NCBI GenBank assembly: GCA_964449105.1
Contig: CAYUYD010000002.1
Coordinates: 1 to 34,557, forward strand
Source: an uncultured Planctomycetaceae bacterium
GTDB taxonomy: Bacteria > Planctomycetota > Phycisphaerae > SM23-33
Reading direction: 5' to 3'
Length of the DNA stretch: 34,557 nucleotides
Positions 8,298 through 16,238 of this stretch are shown piece after piece. The first letter of the stretch is position 1. The number at the start of each line of letters is the position of its first letter. A program made the translations under genes and the position numbers. Below the pieces are notes generated by a model, which did no database searches, had not been told where the DNA came from, and saw only the letters and a program-made list of their open reading frames with translations.

Positions 8298-9379
8298 TAA
8301 CCTGTCATGGATTCCAACATGTCCATAAATTTTTGAAGGTTCACTTTCCGGTCAGCACGCTCTTCAATGATTTGCCGATTCCGCAGCACAGCGCATTCCA
8401 CCATGTCCTTCCGCTGTGGCAACGACGCCAACAGTTCACCTAGAAATTTCCAATCGCCGCACGGAAACATAAGGGCATTTTCACCGTCTTTCAGCCATTC
8501 GGAATTAGCCGGGATGTCCGAAACGACCGGAAATATTCCACAGGCCATGGCCTCCATTAGTGATAGACTTGCGCCATCCCATAGCGATGCGGATACATAC
8601 ACGTCGTGTCTCGCCAGGATGTTCTGAAGCTCTTGGCGGTTATACCCGCCGCCGAAGGTCACCGCTTCGGCAATTCCCAACTTCTTCGTCAGCCGTTCCA
8701 GTTCCGGCTGTAACTTTCCCCCAGCGGGGAGCGTTAGCATTGCATCCACGTTGCGTCTTCGCGCCTCGGCCACTCCTCGGATGACCGTTGGTATGTCATA
8801 AACTTGCTCCAGTGAGCGGGGACAGACGATGCGGACACCAGAGGCAAACGGATTCTCATGCCGGCAAAACGGGAAGTCACGGAGTTCGATGCCGAATGGC
8901 AGGACCAGTACGCTGTCCCGGTGTATGCCGAGGCTTTCCAGTGTCCCCGCCACATGCTCGCAGACCGAGTTGACTAAAGCGGCGTGACGGAATATCCCCC
9001 GGAGAAGGAACCGCCCAATACAATAGTGAGATCGCTGAATGAGATCGGAGCCGTGAATCGTCACCACATATGGTCTGAACCCCGACAACCAAGCAACTAG
9101 CCCCCCACTGCTGGCGTAGTGTGCGCTGACAATGTCCGGATTGATTTTTTTTAGAAGTCGCCTGCCCATCAGCCCGCTAATAAAGTAACTCACCTTACTA
9201 ACAGTACCAGTACTTGTTGAACTCCACTTGGGGTAGCATTGGTGAACCGTCAGCCCCGGCACGTCGAAGCTGGGCGGTGCGACCTGAATCCAATGTACCT
9301 CCCAACCGGCTTGGACCATGTATTCCAAATAGGGACGAACATGAATCAGTTTCCCATGACTTATCAGGGCAACCTTCAT
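8297..9379 (-). CDS. Family 4 glycosyltransferase
   Basis: MKVALISHG...start. The C-terminal domain has VYVSASLWDGASLSLMEAMACGIFPVVSDIPANSEWLKDGENALMF (the E-x7-E-type GT4 region). GC content is lower than in the flanks. Confidence 0.85.
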   Translation of the reverse strand: MKVALISHGKLIHVRPYLEYMVQAGWEVHWIQVAPPSFDVPGLTVHQCYPKWSSTSTGTVSKVSYFISGLMGRRLLKKINPDIVSAHYASSGGLVAWLSGFRPYVVTIHGSDLIQRSHYCIGRFLLRGIFRHAALVNSVCEHVAGTLESLGIHRDSVLVLPFGIELRDFPFCRHENPFASGVRIVCPRSLEQVYDIPTVIRGVAEARRRNVDAMLTLPAGGKLQPELERLTKKLGIAEAVTFGGGYNRQELQNILARHDVYVSASLWDGASLSLMEAMACGIFPVVSDIPANSEWLKDGENALMFPCGDWKFLGELLASLPQRKDMVECAVLRNRQIIEERADRKVNLQKFMDMLESMTG

Positions 9380-9606
9380 ATTCAGAAAACCAATGGATTT
9401 CGCCTTTCTTATATTCGTTTGACGCGTTCGATTCTTTGTAGAAAACTCACAAACAGAAGGCCCAAGAAACCCTCAACCGTTAGTTTGATATTCTAAAATC
9501 GATGCGAGGATTTATCAGACAATTCACTGCAAAGGGACAACCTTGACGCTCACTACGCTACAGTCATTCATCATCCTCGTCAAAAGCAAAGACCTTCCTG
9601 TAGGTG

Positions 9607-11061
9607 TCAATCTGCGCCGACCAGGGAAACCGGGCCTTGGCCAGCTCCCGGGTACGCCTGGCTGTCCTCGTACAGATTGACTCGCTGAGTCTCTTCTTCC
9701 ATGCAGGCAACATGATGAAATCCCATGAAGATGATCGGCCATATGGCGGTGCCGGGCCTCATATAGAGCCACAAAGTCGAGGCCGTTAATGCATACACGG
9801 CCATTACTAACATTATGGCCCAATATGTGTTGGAAACGGTCTCTTCGGCAGGAAGAACACTGCAAAGTCTCCTTCCCTTCGACATACGCCTGATGAAGAG
9901 GACATAAATTGCGATTATGAGTCCCATGCCTATCAATCCGTTCTCAACAAAAAACATTAGATACGCATTGTGAGGTTCCGCAGCGCTGTACCGCCCCGAA
10001 ACCACCGTTATTTCGACAGCTTCTTCCATGTACGGAAAGCGAACGGCCGTGTAAAACAAGCCCGGCCCTTTGCCCCAAACGGGGGCTTCCAGACCGGCGT
10101 CAACAGCCGCCCAGGCGCTGGAGGAGCGGATGACAATGCTGTGACCTGTTGCACTCAATATGCGGCCGAAGTGATACCTCCCGGGCATAAAGAACAGGAA
10201 GGAAACAAACAGGATCGACAAGGCCAAAAATGTGATGATAATACGACCAAGATATCTAAACAATATGCCGCGGAACATCAGGATATTGACGAAAACCAAC
10301 ATCAGTAAAGCGCTGCGTGAAAGGGTGAACATTATTGCAATCACGCACAGAATGGCGCCTACAAAATAGAATTTCGTATAACGTCTGCGAAGGATTTGCG
10401 ACAGGCACAGAGCATAGGCGACGGCAAGTAAAAATCCTGCAACAACAGGCCCCCCGACGGAGGTAGACCCCCGCATGAAGCCAGCCTCTTTAGAAACGGG
10501 CGCGAATTCCCACCCAAGTAAAGATCCAAGTTGTTCTGCAAATATGGCTGAGAAAATCGTAAGAGGTGCGGCAATGTAGCCCTGTGCGATCACATAGCTG
10601 ATTATCGTCCGCTCGTGAGTTACCAGGGTATTGGGTATGCTCTTGAAGAGCACCCAAATAACAATGAACGGCCACACCCACTGTAGAGAGGCTTGGAGGG
10701 GCGCTCCGATACCAAGCAGAGAGCCTTCGTTCACCACCCCCGACAACATGCCAAAGGCAAAAAGAGCCGCAAGGCACGCGCCAAGCGCAGAGATTCGGAG
10801 ATTCGTGCCTTGCCCGCTCACCAAGCGGACCACCAGGAAGACCACAAGCCAGATGGACAGAAAGAGAAAATATCCCATGTAAGGCCGACCCAGAAGCATA
10901 AACGCAAACTGCACGTCGTACCTAACCAGGGTTACCACAGGAAACACTAAAAACGCCAACACTACCAGATCCTGAAAGGTATAGTGAAGATAGACCTTGA
11001 GGATGACTGCTACAACAGCAACAACGACAAGTGCAACCAATAGCAGCAGCAATGCTGTCAT
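9607..11061 (-). CDS. Wzy_C / O-antigen ligase-family polytopic membrane protein (Wzy polymerase, WaaL-like ligase or PglL-like O-oligosaccharyltransferase)
   Basis: About 10-12 hydrophobic helices. Motifs TLSRSALLMLVF and AAEPHNAYLMFFVENGLIGMGL (H-N-x-Y-L...E-x-G) are characteristic of the Wzy_C family. The ATG at 11061 (MTALLLLLVAL) is preferred over the track start at 11175. This is the lowest-GC stretch of the window. Confidence 0.8.
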   Translation of the reverse strand: MTALLLLLVALVVVAVVAVILKVYLHYTFQDLVVLAFLVFPVVTLVRYDVQFAFMLLGRPYMGYFLFLSIWLVVFLVVRLVSGQGTNLRISALGACLAALFAFGMLSGVVNEGSLLGIGAPLQASLQWVWPFIVIWVLFKSIPNTLVTHERTIISYVIAQGYIAAPLTIFSAIFAEQLGSLLGWEFAPVSKEAGFMRGSTSVGGPVVAGFLLAVAYALCLSQILRRRYTKFYFVGAILCVIAIMFTLSRSALLMLVFVNILMFRGILFRYLGRIIITFLALSILFVSFLFFMPGRYHFGRILSATGHSIVIRSSSAWAAVDAGLEAPVWGKGPGLFYTAVRFPYMEEAVEITVVSGRYSAAEPHNAYLMFFVENGLIGMGLIIAIYVLFIRRMSKGRRLCSVLPAEETVSNTYWAIMLVMAVYALTASTLWLYMRPGTAIWPIIFMGFHHVACMEEETQRVNLYEDSQAYPGAGQGPVSLVGAD

Positions 11062-11217
11062 AAAAACTACCTCACATATAATTATATAAGCCCTGGCATC
11101 TCTTGATTTCGATGTCTTGCAGGTGTCGTCACTGCGTTTCCCCGATCTTGGATTTCGCGGAAGTCCGACAACCAAGGATTGGCACGCCTGTAACGGCCCG
11201 ATTCAGCACACGATTGG

Positions 11218-12486
11218 TTATTTCGTCCCGGTTACGCCAATAAGTTCCTTCAGGCAGTTAACCTCCATCTCGATGCGCTCATCCCATGTCTGAAATTTCT
11301 TCATTGCGTAGGCGTAAGCGTTATCTCCCAATCTTCTTCGTTCCAGCGGGTTTTTCAACAGTTGGGTGGCAGCATGTGCTATATCATCGGCTTCGCCGGG
11401 ACTGAGAACAACAGCATTTTCGTTATTCATGACGATATCAGTGGTTGTTCCAACATCCCTGGTAATGACGCAGCTGCCAGCAGTTATGGCCTCTATGAGA
11501 GTACTGCACATATTAGTCAGATCATGGACTATTATAAATATGTCGGCTGCGTTTAGATACTCCTTAATCTCGTCGTGGGTCACTGGCCCGGCGAACATGA
11601 CAGCATCAGACACCCCGCGACGACTGGCGCGATCTTCAAGTTGCCGACGCAATTCCCCGCCGCCGACTATAACAAGCCTTGCGTCGGGAAAATCCCGCAG
11701 AATTCCAGGCATGGCGTCAATCGATCGATCAATCCTCTTCCAACCCACCAGCCGTCCCAAGGTCAGAAGCATCGGAGCATCAGGCGGCAAACCAATGCCC
11801 TGCTTGAAGGCGCCCGCATCGAAGTCCGGCTGCCGCAAGAATTTGTTCACGCCGTTTAGCCAAAACCGAAATCGCTCATTAGGAACCCCCAGCCATTCAG
11901 CAACCTTGTCTCCACGGGTTCCATCGTTGGTCATGATAAGTAAGTCGGTCGGAATATAGTAAGTCAGCAACTCCCCCAGAGTAGCGATCCGTGGCAACCA
12001 ACTGTCCTGTTCAAACCAATGGTGGTACAACCATGTACCGTAGTGTCTCTGTACGATTTTGGCCCCCACCAGTCGGCCCCATAGCCAGCTCAGGAAAGTA
12101 TATTTGAACCTCATGGAATAGATGATGTCCGGTTTGATCCTTGACCTCAATATGCGCCACAACAACATGAGCTGGGAAAAAAAATTCAGCGGCCTACAGA
12201 AGGCATGTAGTTTGGGCCTTTTTTGAAGCCAGTTAATGGCAGGCCAGAATGCCTGCCTGACCCAATGGAACTTAACGCCGCCAAGTTGAACCGTTTCCTT
12301 AGGCCAAGTGCGCCGCACCTGATCCACCACGAAGACGTGCACGTCAAATCCGTGTTCCAGGCACTTGGTCCACATGTAGGCCACCGATGGCACGCCGCCA
12401 GGCGGCTTGCCCTGGCGAATGTTGTCGCTCACATCTTTAACAAAAGGCGTAACGAAGACAATTGTCGGTTTATTAGCCTGCTCCAT
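11218..12486 (-). CDS. Family 4 glycosyltransferase
   Basis: The C-terminal GT-B domain has ARLVIVGGGELRRQLE...VMFAGPV...ADIFIIVHDLTNMCSTLIEAITAGSCVITRDVGTTTDIV...NAVVLSPGEADDIAHA. Confidence 0.82.
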   Translation of the reverse strand: MEQANKPTIVFVTPFVKDVSDNIRQGKPPGGVPSVAYMWTKCLEHGFDVHVFVVDQVRRTWPKETVQLGGVKFHWVRQAFWPAINWLQKRPKLHAFCRPLNFFSQLMLLWRILRSRIKPDIIYSMRFKYTFLSWLWGRLVGAKIVQRHYGTWLYHHWFEQDSWLPRIATLGELLTYYIPTDLLIMTNDGTRGDKVAEWLGVPNERFRFWLNGVNKFLRQPDFDAGAFKQGIGLPPDAPMLLTLGRLVGWKRIDRSIDAMPGILRDFPDARLVIVGGGELRRQLEDRASRRGVSDAVMFAGPVTHDEIKEYLNAADIFIIVHDLTNMCSTLIEAITAGSCVITRDVGTTTDIVMNNENAVVLSPGEADDIAHAATQLLKNPLERRRLGDNAYAYAMKKFQTWDERIEMEVNCLKELIGVTGTK

Positions 12487-12584
12487 GGAACTCCCTTGTT
12501 GTCGGCGGTCCGGACCTTTCCAACTGCCCGCATAGTAGGCATTTCTGAAGATCGTGTGGTTTTAGGGCCTTTTATTGCTATCGG

Positions 12585-12712
12585 TTAGTTCGCCCGGCGC
12601 CTTAAGTGCCTCATCAACATCCCCTTGAGTGTGCGAACCTCACCCCGGATTTCGCCGCTTATCAACAGTACTACGAAGTAAATCGCCATTAAAATCGCCG
12701 CCACTGACGCTG
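12585..12712 (-). pseudogene. Orphan 3' tail of a wzx-type flippase gene (copy 1 of a direct repeat)
   Basis: The translation ...AAILMAIYFVVLLISGEIRGEVRTLKGMLMRHLRRRAN* parallels the C-terminus of the intact flippase (...AVLMAVFFVTLYISGEIRGEVRILKGMLLRYLRRRTN*). The nucleotide match to 13600..~13733 is clear by eye. The rest of track ORF 12585..12902 overlaps the methyltransferase out of frame. Confidence 0.7.
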
Positions 12713-12741
12713 ACGACAATTGCCATTGGGGGGTCCCGCGA

Positions 12742-13389
12742 TCAGGACAGCGGTTTCGAAACCTGTATGACAACCGCGAGCCAGACATACTTGCGAAAAA
12801 GCCAGTAGTATAATCGGTGCATGAGATCATGTCCGATGGGTACAATTCGGCGAAATCGTAAAGGATAATTCGTCGAGACCTCGGTGAAGGACTTCTCGTC
12901 AAAACTATGGAGATGTCCTGCCTTGGGTGTCGGTTTATGGCAATGAATACAGATCTCGTATCCTAGTTTTTGGCGATACGGCACGGTGATCAGAACCGTT
13001 TTCCTGGCTACGCGGATCAGTTCGTTCAAAACGGCATGCCAATCAGGGACGTGCTCAAGCACCTCCATGCATGTCACCAAATCAAACGAGTTGTCGGGAA
13101 ATGGCAGGTTGGTTACGTCCCCTTGCATGACATCCAAATCGGGCAGGCGACTCTTGGCTCGCTCGGCGCGGTTGGCGGCCAGTTCGATCCCAACGCACTT
13201 GGCTGCTGGGACTCGTTTAAACAAGTACTCAAGCCAATATCCCTCCGCGCAGCCTGCATCGAGAATGGATTCAAAGCCCTGCTGGAGAAGGCGGAAGCAT
13301 ATCCTGAACCGGGTTTTTTCATCGGGCAACTCCCTGATCCCGGCCTCCTCTTCCGCCTCGTAGTACGCCTTCCAGTCTATGTTGCTCAT
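12742..13389 (-). CDS. Class I SAM-dependent methyltransferase (Methyltransf_11-like) with a C-terminal Cys/His segment
   Basis: Motif I is ILDAGCAEGYW, the acidic beta-2 end is VGIELA, and QGDVTNLPFPDNSFDLVTCMEVLEHV is also present. It carries ICIHCHKPTPKAGHLH. The ATG at 13389 has GAGGA upstream and is preferred over the track start at 13443. Confidence 0.85.
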   Translation of the reverse strand: MSNIDWKAYYEAEEEAGIRELPDEKTRFRICFRLLQQGFESILDAGCAEGYWLEYLFKRVPAAKCVGIELAANRAERAKSRLPDLDVMQGDVTNLPFPDNSFDLVTCMEVLEHVPDWHAVLNELIRVARKTVLITVPYRQKLGYEICIHCHKPTPKAGHLHSFDEKSFTEVSTNYPLRFRRIVPIGHDLMHRLYYWLFRKYVWLAVVIQVSKPLS

Positions 13390-13599
13390 GTTTTTCCTCG
13401 CCGGCACCGACACCTCGTTTGAAAGATTTTCAGATACACCCATCGTCCGAGCCTAAACGGTCAGGCAGCCGTTGTAAAGAGCCGTCTGCAAAGACTTAAG
13501 CCTAACCTGCCAGGTCTGATCATCTTCCTCGATGCTCCTGAAGACCTGTAACCGACGGATTGGTAATTATACATCTTTCCAAAATCCCCACTGTCTGTT

Positions 13600-13733
13600 A
13601 TCGGTTAGTTCGTCCGGCGCCTTAAGTACCTAAGCAACATCCCCTTGAGTATGCGAACCTCGCCCCGGATTTCGCCGCTTATGTAAAGTGTTACGAAGAA
13701 GACTGCCATCAAGACCGCCGCTGCCGCCACCAG
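13600..13733. repeat. Copy 2 of a ~130-nt direct repeat (the native 3' end of wzx); copy 1 is at 12579..~12712
   Basis: By-eye alignment at offset 1021 nt. The first ~85 nt have only about 7 mismatches (tatcggttagttcg[c/t]ccggcgccttaagt...ccccttgagt...gcgaacctc...ccccggatttcgccgcttat). Similarity decays after ~125 nt. Confidence 0.85.
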
Positions 13734-15089
13734 GGAGAAAAAAGAGCGAAAATCCCAAATCTGCCGCAATGCCCAGTAGGTTCCGCAAACCGCCGCAGCG
13801 CCTCCCAGGCAGATAAATAATACGCGAAAAGGAAAGCGAATCGAGGCGATACGATCGCCCATGACCTTTGAGACAGCAAACATTAAAGCGTAAGAACACA
13901 ACATGCTTACGGCGGCGCCCATGTACCCATAGCGAGGCACGAGCAACCACAGCAGGAGAATTTCGAGCAGGGCAGATGGCAGGCTGGTGTAGATTAACCT
14001 GCCGGTCCGCCGGTGGACCAGGAACGGAAGCCGGTAATAGTTGGCCAACCCCAGCATCAGCCCGCCGACCATTATCAACCGCATCGCCCAGACCCCCTCC
14101 ACGTATTCGGGGCGAGTCAATACGCTAATAATATCCGGAGCCATAGCAGCAACTACAGCCATGAAACCTATCGCCAGTAAAAGAAATAACCGCAAACCTC
14201 TCTGAGCAATCGCCTCGTAATCTTCCTTTGCCTCGAAGGCGTCCACTGCCGCCGGCATCACAACCAGAAGGGTCAGTTGAGCTACGATACCGACCGGAAA
14301 CATACCCAGTTGATAAGAAACGCCGTAGATAGCAACCTCCGACGCGCCGTGAGTAATGTCTATGACGTAGCGGTCCAGGGAGTTGATGATTATCGCCAGT
14401 ATGCTAATGAGCATAATCGGAAAGCCGTACCTGGCAAACTGCCCCATAATCGACCGGTCCCATTTCCCCTTCCCCAATGCGCGCCATGCGCCCGTCAGAC
14501 AGATCAGCAACAACACGAGCAACGCGATGCCGCCTGTCCACACTGCTACGAATGTGTTCACAGTGCTCGAGACCAGCACCAGTACGAGGATCGGCGGTCC
14601 GTACCGGAAGAACGACTGCAATCCCTTGGTCAGGCTGAAGGCTAATGCCCGACCCTGGGCCCGCAGACATTGGTTGAGCGTGAGCGTAGAAGCGGCCAGG
14701 ACAATCAGGGGGCCGATGAGAATCGCCAGGTTCTGATATCGCTCCGGCAGGAAGGGCCAGGCAATCGCCATGACCCCAACAATTCCAAGCGACGTTACGG
14801 CGATCCCGATTGCCAGATTCAAGAAGTAGGCACCGAGACGATTCTCCAACGGGCGATAGAAACGCAAACTACAGTTGCGCACCCAATCAAAGCAGGTCGT
14901 TACACATACATAGACTGTTGTATAAGCAAGAACGTAATAACCGTACTGATCTTGGGTCCACAGGCGCGTAAGTACGGGAATGGCCAACAGTCCGAACAAT
15001 AGAGGCGCGACTTCTCCCGGCAGATACATCAGCATGAGTCTGCCCAAACCAACGTTGGTTTTTCTAGAAGTCAAGCCTGCTCCCCACAC
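13605..15089 (-). CDS. wzx: Wzx-type oligosaccharide flippase (MOP superfamily polysaccharide biosynthesis protein)
   Basis: 494 aa and hydrophobic throughout, with at least 12 predicted helices. The N-terminal LLAIPVLTRLWTQDQYGYYVL is typical of Wzx. GTG start has GGGAGGA about 10 nt upstream. It lies in a glycan locus. Confidence 0.82.
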   Translation of the reverse strand: MWGAGLTSRKTNVGLGRLMLMYLPGEVAPLLFGLLAIPVLTRLWTQDQYGYYVLAYTTVYVCVTTCFDWVRNCSLRFYRPLENRLGAYFLNLAIGIAVTSLGIVGVMAIAWPFLPERYQNLAILIGPLIVLAASTLTLNQCLRAQGRALAFSLTKGLQSFFRYGPPILVLVLVSSTVNTFVAVWTGGIALLVLLLICLTGAWRALGKGKWDRSIMGQFARYGFPIMLISILAIIINSLDRYVIDITHGASEVAIYGVSYQLGMFPVGIVAQLTLLVVMPAAVDAFEAKEDYEAIAQRGLRLFLLLAIGFMAVVAAMAPDIISVLTRPEYVEGVWAMRLIMVGGLMLGLANYYRLPFLVHRRTGRLIYTSLPSALLEILLLWLLVPRYGYMGAAVSMLCSYALMFAVSKVMGDRIASIRFPFRVLFICLGGAAAVCGTYWALRQIWDFRSFFSLVAAAAVLMAVFFVTLYISGEIRGEVRILKGMLLRYLRRRTN

Positions 15090-15334
15090 CCACTTGTGAT
15101 CCTCCCTATAATTTTGGCCAGTGGTGAAAGTATCATGAGTATATCACAACCGCGCTCATAGTAGCCAATATCCTATCTTTTCAATCATTGTTATTTTGCC
15201 ACCACGCGGTGGGCGTGCCCCTACAGTAACGAAATTGGGCTCTCTTTTACGGCACCAAAAAGATGTCCTCACAAGCCGCACCTTATTCTGTAAGTTTCTT
15301 CGGCATTTCGGCAAGGTTTATCGAGAAATTTTCG

Positions 15335-16090
15335 CTAACTTGCGGGGACAGGTCGGTTTCGGTGACGTTCGCGTTTAAAGAGCAGGCTGAACGCACCGAT
15401 GCCCAGAACAACCAAACTGGCCGGTTCGGGAACATCCGCCTCGATTATCAAAGTTGGACGATCCGCCGCATTCGCCGCGCCGCTACCGTAAAAGTACGGA
15501 ACAGTCGTCCTGTTGCTATCCAGCCTCAAACCGTTATTGGGCGTCGCACCGGTGATCCAGTCCTGCACCTTGGCGGCATCAAGCGAAATCTCCAGCGTAG
15601 CGCCGTCCCATGTGCTTCCGCTGCCGCCCAGCCAGTAATCGGCATTCTCAATCGTATCGGCTTGACCTGAACTGTTCTTCCAGTGGATATCACCGTCGCT
15701 GCTGCTATATTGCCGAAGCCCCGTTGCGTTCTGCGGTGCGAGATACCAATCCGTGTTGTCGCCGCAGAACCCGTAAGCATAAACGATATAAGGGCTTGGA
15801 TTCTGGCCGCCGGACCTGGTAAGTCGCAGTTTGGCGCTGGAAACAACGGTATCATCAGGCCAGCCGGTCAAGTCGAACCAAAGGAGCATGTAATCGGTAT
15901 CTGAGTCTGTGGGAGGATTCGTTATTGTGCAAGGCAGTCCTGGGGTAAAGGCGCTGTCGGAATCGAACTTTACGCCCACACTCACGTCAGCGTAGAGAAT
16001 ATGCGTGCCTGCTGAAGCCGGTTGTGAGCACACCGTCCAGATCAGCAGGCCGAATGTAAGCGCCTTTGGTCCCAAGCCCGACCCCGACAT
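15335..16090 (-). CDS. Secreted PEP-CTERM sorting-domain protein with a DNRLRE/CBM96-like domain
   Basis: Signal peptide LTFGLLIWTVCSQPASA. LLWFDLTGWPDDTVVSSAKLRLT and ...ADRPTLIIEA resemble the DNRLRE domain. The C-terminus VPEPASLVVLGIGAFSLLFKRERHR gives the PEP motif, a TM helix and a basic cluster. Confidence 0.8.
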   Translation of the reverse strand: MSGSGLGPKALTFGLLIWTVCSQPASAGTHILYADVSVGVKFDSDSAFTPGLPCTITNPPTDSDTDYMLLWFDLTGWPDDTVVSSAKLRLTRSGGQNPSPYIVYAYGFCGDNTDWYLAPQNATGLRQYSSSDGDIHWKNSSGQADTIENADYWLGGSGSTWDGATLEISLDAAKVQDWITGATPNNGLRLDSNRTTVPYFYGSGAANAADRPTLIIEADVPEPASLVVLGIGAFSLLFKRERHRNRPVPAS

Positions 16091-16238
16091 GGGCTTTCCT
16101 CGCGTAATTCAGCCGATACGGATAAGCAGGAGCACCATAAGCGTATCGCAACTTTTCGACCTGGCAAAGAGAAAACTCTACACATGCGATGATAATGACG
16201 ATATAGAACCGTGTCTAACCGGACTGGAAGGAAAAAGC

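Noticed and set aside
12585-12902. The 105-aa ORF as an independent gene.
   Set aside because: Only its last ~40 codons show meaningful similarity, to the wzx C-terminus. The rest overlaps the methyltransferase 3' end out of frame and has junk-like composition.
15150-15230. An imperfect inverted repeat (gtgaaagtatcatgagtatatcac) and a ccacc-acgc-ggtgg hairpin in the wzx upstream / PEP-CTERM downstream spacer.
   Set aside because: The stems are short or imperfect, with no U-tract and no second copy. That is too weak to call a terminator or an operator.
16005-16238. N-terminal extensions of track ORFs: wecB from 16005, GT2 to 6808, Wzy_C to 11175, HisH-like to 29638, WbuX-like to 30758, CYTH to 31371 and wbpB-like to 20138.
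   Set aside because: The extensions overlap neighbouring genes or divergent promoters and have junk-like composition. Internal ATGs give canonical family N-termini, several with Shine-Dalgarno-like sequences.
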